Assembly (NCBI GenBank): GCA_036555445.1
Contig: DATBLH010000022.1
Location: 11,226-75,225, forward strand
Length of the DNA stretch: 64,000 nucleotides
Source of the DNA: Candidatus Limnocylindrales bacterium
GTDB lineage: Bacteria > Chloroflexota > Limnocylindria > Limnocylindrales > CSP1-4
Reading direction: 5' to 3'
This document shows positions 46,690 through 54,810 of this stretch, piece after piece. Made by a program: the position numbers and the translations under genes. The notes under the pieces are model-generated. The model did not search any database. It was not told the origin of the DNA and worked only from the letters and a program-made list of their open reading frames with translations. Position 1 is the stretch's first letter. Each line of letters opens with the position of its first letter.

Positions 46690-47055
46690 GTGACCTCCGA
46701 ACCCCCGACCGGCGACCGTCCGGTCCAGTACCGTGGCGCGCCGCTCGATGCCGCCCGCGGCCCGGGGCTGGGCTGCTTCCGCTTCCAGCTGCTCGTGCTG
46801 GCCGGCCTGATCGTGCTCACGCCGCTGTCGGTCGCGTGGCACTGGCCGGCCGCGGTCAGTGCGGTGCTGCTGGTGGTCGTGATCGTCCTCCTGCTGGTCG
46901 CCGGCCAGACGATCATCTTCCTGCTCCGGATCGTGGCCGCGGACCGGCGAGCCGGCCGCCGTCGTCCCCTGTCGGGCGCGAGTCCGACGGTCGGCGAGCT
47001 CGAGGACGAGACGATTTCCCCACGGCCAGCCGACGATCCGAGCGTGCGAGAATGA
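46690..47055 (+). CDS. hypothetical small membrane protein (2 TM)
   Basis: FQLLVLAGLIVLTPLSVAW and AVSAVLLVVVIVLLLVAGQTIIFLL. Strong GC3 bias. GTG start. Confidence 0.5.
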   Translation: MTSEPPTGDRPVQYRGAPLDAARGPGLGCFRFQLLVLAGLIVLTPLSVAWHWPAAVSAVLLVVVIVLLLVAGQTIIFLLRIVAADRRAGRRRPLSGASPTVGELEDETISPRPADDPSVRE

Positions 47056-47092
47056 GCCGCCCATCCCAGCGTCTCCGAGGAGTTATCGACCC

Positions 47093-47419
47093 GTGCCCGT
47101 CCTGGCGACCTACTTCTCCGTTCGCCGTGGTCGCGACCCGTTCTTCAAGTTCTTCATGCGCACGATCTTCCCGCGCCAGGTCCGCGAGTACGAGCAGCGG
47201 TTCGGGATCCGCTTCCTCGGCTGGTACAACGTGGCGTATGGCTGGGACTTCGACAACGTGATCCTTCTGGAGCTCCCCGACTACGCAACGCTCGATCGCC
47301 TCGAGGTCGACGAGGCGACCCGGACCCTGGGCCATCGGGCCGGTGAGTGGCTCTTCGAGCGCCATCATTCGATGTTCCTCCGCGAGCGAATGGGCTCCGA
47401 TCTCGAGTACCACGGCTGA
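47093..47419 (+). CDS. hypothetical small soluble protein (possibly ferredoxin-like/NIPSNAP-like fold)
   Basis: GAGGAG lies 9 nt upstream of the GTG. GC3 bias is consistent with coding. GIRFLGWYNVAYGWDFDNVILLELPDYATLDRL. No confident family. Confidence 0.55.
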   Translation: MPVLATYFSVRRGRDPFFKFFMRTIFPRQVREYEQRFGIRFLGWYNVAYGWDFDNVILLELPDYATLDRLEVDEATRTLGHRAGEWLFERHHSMFLRERMGSDLEYHG

Positions 47420-47440
47420 CTGAAGGGAGGCGATCGCCCC

Positions 47441-48370
47441 ATGGACACCGGACGCAACGACTTGCTCGGTGAGCTGGCGGCAGACGCCGCCCTGGAACGG
47501 ACGGACTATGTCCGCCAGGCAGCCGAGCAGCTCCATCGCTTCCTGGAGGCGAACCGGGAGCGCATCCAGGAGCTCGGTGGTCTCACGCTGATCGACGACG
47601 AGCCGGACTACCTCTCGATCGCGCCCGATCTCTCGTTCCGCAGCCGCAGCCGCTATCTCGACGACCTGACCAACGAGTGGGTGAGCGAGACCGAGGTCAT
47701 CGAGAGCGCCTCCGAGCTGGTCGAGCTGTACAACCCGGCCGACATCTACGCCGCGTTCGCGGAGGCGGCGCGCGAGTCGGCAGGGCTGGGCGAGGAGCCG
47801 ACCGCCGCGGAGGAGCTGATGGACGTGGCCGGGGTCGCGCCCGACGAGAGCTTCGCGTACGGCCGCGAGGACCCCTATGCCGCAGCCGCCGACGACTGGG
47901 CGGCCGGTCAGCCGGTTCCGGAGGAAGCCGACGACGAGCTGTCCGCGGCCCGTCGCCTGTACGACCTCGCGCTCGAATACCAGGAGCGGAGCCAGCGCAG
48001 CGAGGCGCGACTCCTCGAGCGGTTCGAGGTCGCCGCCGGCAACCTCACGAGCCGGATCGGCGACATGGTCATCGTCGACGACGACGACGAGCGCTTGACC
48101 CTCACCGCCGATGAGGGCTTCCGTGCCGAGGTCGTCCCCGAGGATGGCGATGGCCAGTGGAAGACGCTCTCGACGCCCGACGAGCTGGTCGAGTTCTACG
48201 ACCCGACCGACGTGTTCGGCGACCTCGCCGACTCGCTCGCCGAGGCATGGCCCGCGGTCGCACCCGAGACCGAGACCGAGCCGGCGTCCGAGCCCGACGT
48301 CAGTGGCGAACAGGAGGCCGAGCCCGAAGCCGACGATGGCGACGTGACGAGTGACGGCAATCGCCCCTGA
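47441..48370 (+). CDS. hypothetical strongly acidic protein with an internal two-fold repeat
   Basis: SELVELYNPADIYAAFAEAA and DELVEFYDPTDVFGDLADSLAEA terminate two similar modules. The C-terminal tail is rich in Asp and Glu. Confidence 0.6.
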   Translation: MDTGRNDLLGELAADAALERTDYVRQAAEQLHRFLEANRERIQELGGLTLIDDEPDYLSIAPDLSFRSRSRYLDDLTNEWVSETEVIESASELVELYNPADIYAAFAEAARESAGLGEEPTAAEELMDVAGVAPDESFAYGREDPYAAAADDWAAGQPVPEEADDELSAARRLYDLALEYQERSQRSEARLLERFEVAAGNLTSRIGDMVIVDDDDERLTLTADEGFRAEVVPEDGDGQWKTLSTPDELVEFYDPTDVFGDLADSLAEAWPAVAPETETEPASEPDVSGEQEAEPEADDGDVTSDGNRP

Positions 48371-48401
48371 CCGCCCGGCAACCGGCTCCGGTGAGCGTTC
48401 C

Positions 48402-49262
48402 ATGCGCCTCGCCGGCGCCGAGCTCGTGGACAGCCGGGAGATCCTGCCCGGCCAGTGGCTTCAGTCGTTCCACGCACCGTGGCTGGCCACGGGATCGAGA
48501 GCCGGCCAGTTCGTCCACGTTCGGACCGGGGACCTGTCGGGCCTGATCCTCCGGCGGCCGTTCTCGCTCAACACCGTCGACCCCGCGTCGGGCATCGTGA
48601 CGATCCACTTCCGGACCATCGGCCGCGGGACGGAGTGGTTCACGCGGCTCCGGCCGGGGGACGTGATCGACATGCTCGGTCCGCTCGGGCGCCCGTTCGA
48701 GGTGGACCCGCGTTCGCGGCACCTGCTCCTGGTCGCGGGCGGGTTGGGGATCGCCGGCGTGCGGATGCTCGCCGACGAGGCGGTCCGCAACGGTCGCCAG
48801 GTCACCCTGCTGTTCGGCGCCGCCTCGGCGCGCGAGGTCTACCCGTCGGCGCTCCTGCCGGACGAGGTGGAGTACATCGTGGCCACCGAGGACGGCTCGT
48901 TGGGTCACCCGGGCTTCGTCACCGAGCTCGTGGCCGACTACGAGGCCTGGGCGGACCAGGCATTCGCGTGCGGGCCGTGGCCGATGCTCGCGGCCCTCGC
49001 CGGTCTGGCGGCCACCAGGCGTCGCCGGCTGGGCGTCGCCTCGCTGGGGCGCAAGCGCGGCGCACGCCGTCCGACCATCGCCGGGTCGCCGGCGGCACGG
49101 CGCAAGGCGTTCCTCCAGGTGTCGATGGAGCAGAACATGGGCTGCGCGGTCGGGGCGTGCCTCGGCTGCGTGGTCATGGGTGTCACAGGACAGCCGCAGC
49201 GGGTCTGCCGCGAGGGCCCGGTGTTTGCGTCCGACGAGGTCGCGTGGGACGCCGGCTGGTGA
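48402..49262 (+). CDS. pyrK: dihydroorotate dehydrogenase (type 1B) electron-transfer subunit
   Basis: RRPFSL (FAD-binding RxxS), LLVAGGLGIAGV, and the C-terminal 2Fe-2S cluster MGCAVGACLGCVV...VCREGPVF. An alternative GTG start is at 48351. Confidence 0.88.
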   Translation: MRLAGAELVDSREILPGQWLQSFHAPWLATGSRAGQFVHVRTGDLSGLILRRPFSLNTVDPASGIVTIHFRTIGRGTEWFTRLRPGDVIDMLGPLGRPFEVDPRSRHLLLVAGGLGIAGVRMLADEAVRNGRQVTLLFGAASAREVYPSALLPDEVEYIVATEDGSLGHPGFVTELVADYEAWADQAFACGPWPMLAALAGLAATRRRRLGVASLGRKRGARRPTIAGSPAARRKAFLQVSMEQNMGCAVGACLGCVVMGVTGQPQRVCREGPVFASDEVAWDAGW

Positions 49263-49269
49263 GGCGCCG

Positions 49270-50427
49270 ATGAAGGCGAAGAAGCGGGTCGTGACCTCCA
49301 CCGGGGTTCGGGCTGCCGGCACCCGCCGGACCCCGACAGTCCGCCGGATCAAACCGGCGATCGGACCGGCATCACCCCGGAACCGGAACCGCCCGGTCGG
49401 CGGCAGCGACGGATCTCGCGGCGCCGCGATCGCGGCGCTTCCCGAGGACGAGGCGACGGTCGACCTATCGGTCGACCTCTCGGTCGATCTCGGCCGCGGA
49501 CTCCGGTTGGCGAACCCGGTGCTCGTTGCCTCGGGCTGCTTCGGCTATGGCGTCGAGTACGGAGACGTGGTGGACGTCCAGCGCCTGGGCGCCATCTGCT
49601 GCAAGGGGACCACGCTCAAGGCACGGATCGGCAACCCCCCGCCGCGTGTCACCGAGACCCCGGCCGGGATGCTGAACTCGATCGGGCTCCAGAACCCGGG
49701 TGTCGATGCGGTCCTGGACCGGTACGCGCGCACCTGGGCGGGCTGGCGGGTCCCGGTCATCGTCAACGTCGCCGGCGAGTCGGTCAGGGACTACGTTGAG
49801 GTGGTGCGCCGACTCGACGGGCAACCCGGGATCGCCGGCGTCGAGCTCAACATCAGCTGCCCCAACGTCGGCCGCGGCGGCCTCCAGTTCGCGATCGATG
49901 CCGAAGGAGCGGCTTCGGTCACGGCGGCGGTCCGGCGGGCCACCGACCTGCCGTTGCTGGTGAAGCTGTCGCCGAACGTCGCCGACATCCGTCCGATCGC
50001 CCGGGCGATCGCGGATGCGGGTGCGGACGCGCTGAGTGCGGTCAACACCCTGTCCGGGATTGCCGTCGGCGCGAGCCGTGAGCGTCCGCTGCTGGGCAAC
50101 GTGTTCGGCGGTCTGAGCGGTCCGGCGATCAAGCCGATCGCGCTGCGAGTTGTATACGAGGTGGCCCAGGTCGTGGACCTGCCGATCGTCGCGATCGGTG
50201 GCGTCACCGAGCTCGCCGACGTGCTCGACTATCTCTCCGTGGGTGCGACCGCCGTCCAGGTCGGAACGGCGATCTTCGCCGATCCCACGATCCCCGCCCG
50301 TCTCGTCGACGGACTCGCCGGAGTGTGCCGGGATCGCGGGCTCGACTCCTACCGTCCGCTCGTCGGCACCGCGCTGCCCCGCAAACCCGGTCCACCGTCC
50401 GCGAAGGGGGTCGAGTACCGGCCCTGA
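49270..50427 (+). CDS. pyrD: dihydroorotate dehydrogenase (type 1B) catalytic subunit with a basic N-terminal extension
   Basis: NPVLVASGCFGYG, NSIGLQNPG, ELNISCPN and VKLSPN. The only in-frame starts upstream of the catalytic core are ATG 49270 and GTG 49291. Confidence 0.88.
   Translation: MKAKKRVVTSTGVRAAGTRRTPTVRRIKPAIGPASPRNRNRPVGGSDGSRGAAIAALPEDEATVDLSVDLSVDLGRGLRLANPVLVASGCFGYGVEYGDVVDVQRLGAICCKGTTLKARIGNPPPRVTETPAGMLNSIGLQNPGVDAVLDRYARTWAGWRVPVIVNVAGESVRDYVEVVRRLDGQPGIAGVELNISCPNVGRGGLQFAIDAEGAASVTAAVRRATDLPLLVKLSPNVADIRPIARAIADAGADALSAVNTLSGIAVGASRERPLLGNVFGGLSGPAIKPIALRVVYEVAQVVDLPIVAIGGVTELADVLDYLSVGATAVQVGTAIFADPTIPARLVDGLAGVCRDRGLDSYRPLVGTALPRKPGPPSAKGVEYRP
49459..49494. repeat. 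12-bp imperfect tandem repeat x3 (GTCGACCT[A/C]TCG)
   Basis: gtcgacctatcg, gtcgacctctcg, gtcgatctcggc. It encodes VDLS-VDLS-VDLG at the junction between the pyrD extension and the catalytic core. Confidence 0.85.
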
Positions 50428-50463
50428 CCGGCCACTCGAGCGTCACGGCCATACACTCCCGCC

Positions 50464-51135
50464 GTGACCACCCTCAAGCCCGCCGCCGCGGCATCGGCGG
50501 CGGCCGCCCTGGCCGCACGCGTTGAGCACCTGTTCCGGAGCTCGGGTGCCCTGCGGGACGGGCACTTCCTCCTGAAGTCGGGCCGCCACTCGGACGCCTA
50601 TCTCGAGAAGTTCGCGCTGCTCTCGGACCCGGCGGTCACCTCTGAGCTCTGCGGCCTGTGGGCCGCCGCTCACCGGGACGACCAGGGCCGCGCCAGCGTC
50701 GACCTCGTTGCGGGTCCGACCACCGGGGGCGTCATCCTCGCCTTCGAGACCGGCCGCCAGCTGGGCGTGCGGGCGATCTTCGCGGAAGAGGCGAAGGATC
50801 CGGACGGTGGCACACGACGCGAGTTCCGACGCGGCTTCCGGATCCAGCCCGGCGAGCGTGTCCTCCTCGTCGACGACATCCTCACCACCGGCGGCTCCCT
50901 GCTCGCGATGCTGCCTTCGATCGAGGCGATGGGTGGCGAGGTGGTCGAGTGTGCGGTGCTCGTCGATCGCAGCGGTGGCCGTGCCAGCCTGACTTCTGGA
51001 TCGGGTCGCGTCTATCCGCTGCGGCCGCTGTGGGTCCTGGACCTGCCGTCGTGGGAGTCCGGCCCGGCAACGTGTCCGCGGTGTGCCGCCGGGGAGCCCA
51101 TCAACGCCCCGGGCAGCACCGGCTCGCAGGCGTGA
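50464..51135 (+). CDS. pyrE: orotate phosphoribosyltransferase
   Basis: GHFLLKSGRHSDAYLE, then the PRPP motif VLLVDDILTTGGS. Confidence 0.88.
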   Translation: MTTLKPAAAASAAAALAARVEHLFRSSGALRDGHFLLKSGRHSDAYLEKFALLSDPAVTSELCGLWAAAHRDDQGRASVDLVAGPTTGGVILAFETGRQLGVRAIFAEEAKDPDGGTRREFRRGFRIQPGERVLLVDDILTTGGSLLAMLPSIEAMGGEVVECAVLVDRSGGRASLTSGSGRVYPLRPLWVLDLPSWESGPATCPRCAAGEPINAPGSTGSQA

Positions 51136-51461
51136 AGAGCGCCGCGATCGCCGTCATCCTGCTCGCTGCATCCCTGCTGGCCTGCGGCTCGTCGGGACCG
51201 AGCGACCGGGGTGCACCGGGATCGCCTGTCGAGGGGATCGTGATCCGGGTCGAATCGAGCGGCCTGACCGATGTCCAGGGGTTCGCGCTACGGACGAACG
51301 ACGGCCAGACCCTGGAGTTCCGGCTGGGGCCGCTCGAGAACGGCGCCCAGTTCCCGCCGGGTCACCTGGCCGAGCACCAGGCGAACTCCGCACCCGTCCG
51401 CGTGTTCTTTCGGCTCGAGGGCGCCGACCGGGTGGCGTTCTGGATCCAGGACGCGGGCTGA
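51132..51461 (+). CDS. small lipoprotein, function unknown
   Basis: The GTG overlaps the pyrE stop (GTGA). VKSAAIAVILLAASLLACGSS carries a lipobox (LLAC). Confidence 0.6.
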   Translation: MKSAAIAVILLAASLLACGSSGPSDRGAPGSPVEGIVIRVESSGLTDVQGFALRTNDGQTLEFRLGPLENGAQFPPGHLAEHQANSAPVRVFFRLEGADRVAFWIQDAG

Positions 51462-51467
51462 GCGCGA

Positions 51468-52406
51468 CTACTTGACCTCGTCGAGGGCGGCGGTCAGCTC
51501 GTCGTCGGAGAAGATCAGCTCGAACGAGCCGCGAACGATGCCGTCGCGATCCACGACGTAGACCCAGGGCTCGGCGAGGAGCCCGAAGTCGTCGACCGCG
51601 GGAACGGTCTGCAGCTGCTGATTGACGTCCAGGACGGGCTGGAGCTGGTCCTGGTCGAACGTGAGCTGGTACGGCTCGACGTGGATGAACGTCACCGACG
51701 GGTAGCGCTCCACGAACGGCTTGAGCCGATCGAGGGTTGGGCCGCACTGGGCCGTCTGGCAGAACTTCGGGGTCGCGAAGACGAGCACGAACGGATCACC
51801 GTCCTTGAGGGCCTGCGCCTCCGAGGTGCGATAGAAGGCCGCCAGCGGGTGGGCGTCCGTGGACAGCCGCGACAGGTCGCCGCCAACATCGTCCGCCGTG
51901 GGGGTCGCGACCGATGGCGCCTTCTCGCCCAGGGCGATCGCCGACCGGGTCTCGGCGACGGGCAGCTCGAGGCGGATCGTCTCCTCGGCCCCGCGCAGGC
52001 CGGGGGTCGTGAACTCGGCCGTCCACTTGCCGGCCTTCGGAAAGTCGACCTCCGAGACGTAGATGCCACGCTCGTTCACGATCCCCCAGACGAAGGTCGC
52101 CGGTCCGGCGTCGATCGCGGCGCCCCCATCCGAGGGTACGAAGCGCACGGCGACCGCTCGATCCGGCGCCGCGATCGGCAGGTTGGTCGACGGGTCGACG
52201 ATGCCGAACAGGAAGCGCTGTGGTCCCACGGCGACGTCGGGCGAGATCGCGACCGGCAGCACCGATGGCCCGCCGGAGCCGCCGATGACGATCGGTGAGG
52301 GTGTCGCGCTGGGCGGGGGCGTCGGCTCGCTGGCGCCCGGGCCCGAGCACGCGGCCACCAGGACGGTCACGGTGATGAGGGACAGGATGCGCCGCGAGGT
52401 CATCAC
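51468..52406 (-). CDS. thioredoxin-fold (TlpA/Sco-like) lipoprotein
   Basis: The signal peptide with lipobox is ILSLITVTVLVAACSG. The C-terminal redoxin-like segment is FVLVFATPKFCQTAQCGP...PWVYVVDRDGIV. It is divergent from ctaA-ctaB. Confidence 0.6.
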   Translation of the reverse strand: MMTSRRILSLITVTVLVAACSGPGASEPTPPPSATPSPIVIGGSGGPSVLPVAISPDVAVGPQRFLFGIVDPSTNLPIAAPDRAVAVRFVPSDGGAAIDAGPATFVWGIVNERGIYVSEVDFPKAGKWTAEFTTPGLRGAEETIRLELPVAETRSAIALGEKAPSVATPTADDVGGDLSRLSTDAHPLAAFYRTSEAQALKDGDPFVLVFATPKFCQTAQCGPTLDRLKPFVERYPSVTFIHVEPYQLTFDQDQLQPVLDVNQQLQTVPAVDDFGLLAEPWVYVVDRDGIVRGSFELIFSDDELTAALDEVK

Positions 52407-52506
52407 CCAGAGGGTACGTGAAGGTGTCGGAAGCCGGTTTCGAACGCCCCCGCGCTACAATCGCCGGCGTCCCCCGGATCCCGATCCTCGACATCGAGAG
52501 GCCCCG

Positions 52507-54342
52507 TTGCGTCGATACCAGCGTCTCGCTGCGACCACCCTCGTGGCGACGCTCCTTCTCGTCACCATCGGCGTCGTCGTGCGGGCCACGGGCTCCGGGA
52601 TGGCGTGCCCCGACTGGCCGGGTTGTCATCCCGGCCGGTTCCTCCCCGCCGTCGAGGATGGGGCCGGCGTGTGGCTGGAATGGCTGCATCGAACGATCGC
52701 CGTCGTGCTCGGATTCCTCGTCCTCGGCCTCGCGATCGTCGCGCTGCGCTCGCATCGCGACCGGCCGGCGATCCTGTGGCCGAGCCTGGCCGCCGTGCTC
52801 CTCGTTGGCTTCCAGGCGTGGCTCGGTCGTGAGACGGTCCGGCTCGGTAACTCCGGCGAGTCGGTGACCGCGCATCTCGCTGCCGCGATGGCTCTCGTCG
52901 GACTGGTCGTGTTCCTCATGGTGCGGTCGCTGTTCCCGGCCCGGATCGGCGGTCGCGGCGGCAGCCAGCGGTTCACGCTCCTGGCAGCGTTCGGGGCGGC
53001 CGCGGTCTTCGCCCTGCTCCTGTTCGGCAGCCAGGTCACCGCGCTCAATGCGGCCCTCGTGTTCCCGGACTGGCCGCTGATGAACGGGTCGCTGGCTCCG
53101 GCCCTGGCCACGGAGCCGGTCGCCGCCCACGTGCTCCACCGCTGGGTCGCCATCGCGGTCGGCGCCCTCGTCGCGGCCATCGCGATCGCCGCCTGGAGGA
53201 CCCAGCGCGGGCGGCCGTGGGTCGTGTGGCTGGCCCTGGCGGTCGCCGTCCTGTATCCGATCCAGTCGCTGATCGGCGGGCTCCAGGTCCTCACGCGGCT
53301 CGAGGAGTGGACCCAGACCCTCCACGTCGCCCTGGGCGCCAGTCTCTGGGCGCTCCTGGTCGCCGTCGCCACCGGTGCCCACTACGCGGCACGCGCAGCC
53401 TCACCGGTCCAGGACGTGGTCGGTCCGTCGGGCCGGCGCTCGTCGCTCGAGACGGTGCGCGCGTACGTCGCGCTGACGAAGCCCCGGATCATCGAACTGC
53501 TCCTGGTGACCACCGTCCCAGCCATGGTCCTCGCGACCCGCGACCTGCCGGGGGTCGAGCTCCCGGCGTTCGGTGGCCTCGTGTTCTGGACGCTGCTCGG
53601 CGGGTCGCTCGCGGCCGGCAGCGCCAACGCGATCAACTGCTATCTCGACCGCGACATCGACGAGCTGATGGCGCGCACGCGGCGCCGTCCGCTGCCGGCC
53701 CACCAGGTCGAGCCCGCGCGCGCGGTCTCGTTCGGCATCGTGCTCGGCGTGGTCTCGATCGCGGTGATGGCCGCGTTCGTCAACCTGGTGTCGGCGTTCC
53801 TGACCTTGCTCGCGATCGCGTTCTACGTGGTCGTGTACACGATCCTGCTCAAGCGCTCGACACCCCAGAACATCGTCATCGGCGGAGCCGCCGGCGCGCT
53901 GCCGCCCGTGATCGGCTGGGCGGCCGTCACGGGCTCGGTCGGCCTGCCCGCGCTGCTCCTGTTCGCGCTCGTCTTCTATTGGACGCCGCCGCACTTCTGG
54001 GCGCTCGCGCTCCGGATCCGGCGCGATTACGCCGCGGCCGGGGTGCCGATGCTGCCGGTGGTCCGCGGCGTCCCCGAGACGGCCCGCCAGATCGGCCTGT
54101 ACTCGATCCTCCTGGTGGCGATCAGCCTGGTGTTCTTCGCGGTTGCCCGGATGGGCCCCGTGTATCTCGTCGCGGCCGTCGTCCTGGGAGCCATCTTCCT
54201 GGTCCAGGCATTCCGCCTGTGGCGTGAGGCGTCGTCACCGGAACGCAGTCTGGCCCAGTCGATCCGGCTCTACCGCTATTCGATCACGTACCTGTCGCTG
54301 CTGTTCCTCGCCGTCGCGGTGGACGCGATCGTCATCGGCTGA
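52507..54342 (+). CDS. ctaA-ctaB: fused heme A synthase (CtaA/COX15) and protoheme IX farnesyltransferase (CtaB/CyoE)
   Basis: The N-terminal half has GMACPDWPGC, WLHRTIAV, HLAAAMAL, HVLHRWVA and LHVALGASLW (CtaA His/Cys pattern). The C-terminal half has LTKPRIIELL, NCYLDRDIDELMARTRRRPLP and YWTPPHFWALAL (UbiA/CtaB). There is no stop codon between them. TTG 52507 follows GAGAGG. Confidence 0.85.
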   Translation: MRRYQRLAATTLVATLLLVTIGVVVRATGSGMACPDWPGCHPGRFLPAVEDGAGVWLEWLHRTIAVVLGFLVLGLAIVALRSHRDRPAILWPSLAAVLLVGFQAWLGRETVRLGNSGESVTAHLAAAMALVGLVVFLMVRSLFPARIGGRGGSQRFTLLAAFGAAAVFALLLFGSQVTALNAALVFPDWPLMNGSLAPALATEPVAAHVLHRWVAIAVGALVAAIAIAAWRTQRGRPWVVWLALAVAVLYPIQSLIGGLQVLTRLEEWTQTLHVALGASLWALLVAVATGAHYAARAASPVQDVVGPSGRRSSLETVRAYVALTKPRIIELLLVTTVPAMVLATRDLPGVELPAFGGLVFWTLLGGSLAAGSANAINCYLDRDIDELMARTRRRPLPAHQVEPARAVSFGIVLGVVSIAVMAAFVNLVSAFLTLLAIAFYVVVYTILLKRSTPQNIVIGGAAGALPPVIGWAAVTGSVGLPALLLFALVFYWTPPHFWALALRIRRDYAAAGVPMLPVVRGVPETARQIGLYSILLVAISLVFFAVARMGPVYLVAAVVLGAIFLVQAFRLWREASSPERSLAQSIRLYRYSITYLSLLFLAVAVDAIVIG

Positions 54343-54372
54343 GGCAGCCGCCGCCAAGCCGGCCCGGTTCGA

Positions 54373-54388
54373 TGTGCATCGGCTGCAC
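54373..54388. repeat. 16-nt motif TGTGCATCGGCTGCAC, copy 1 (contains inverted repeat GTGCA-N5-TGCAC)
   Basis: An exact second copy lies 124 bp downstream. A degenerate copy, GTGCGTGGGCTGCAC, is at 54426-54440. Confidence 0.85.
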
Positions 54389-54496
54389 GCTTCGACGGCT
54401 GGCGACATCGACCGAACGCCGGACGGTGCGTGGGCTGCACGGTATGACGTCCAGGGGCCCGGATGCGGCGGGCGGTCGCGCCCTCCGCTGTCGGGG

Positions 54497-54512
54497 TGTG
54501 CATCGGCTGCAC
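54497..54512. repeat. 16-nt motif TGTGCATCGGCTGCAC, copy 2
   Basis: Identical to 54373-54388. It is followed by three copies of GTCAGCCG (54527-54553). Confidence 0.85.
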
Positions 54513-54810
54513 ACCCGCCACGGGGGGTCAGCCGAGTCAGCCGGGGTCAGCCGAGGAATCGGGCCGCAACGTGCCCGGCTGGCACCCACCCGACGCGCCC
54601 CGACCTCCGCCCCCGATCTCCGCCCTGAAGCCGGCGCGGCATGCGCGCAGGGCATCTAGCTTCGAACGAGGCGCATGTCCAGGCGCCAGATCGCTCCCTC
54701 CGGCGTCATTCGATGCGCCAGGCGCATGGACCATCGGCGGCGGGCCTTCGTGCGCCTCCGGAAGGGCGCCCGGTCGACCCTTGATGCGCGCGCGGGCACG
54801 CCGGACGACC

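Noticed and set aside
52063-52506. A 148-codon N-terminal extension of the ctaA-ctaB ORF.
   Set aside because: It would overlap the divergent lipoprotein gene (51468-52406) and has Arg/Pro-rich non-membrane composition. The first in-frame start after that gene is TTG 52507, which has an upstream GAGAGG and immediately precedes the first CtaA TM helix.
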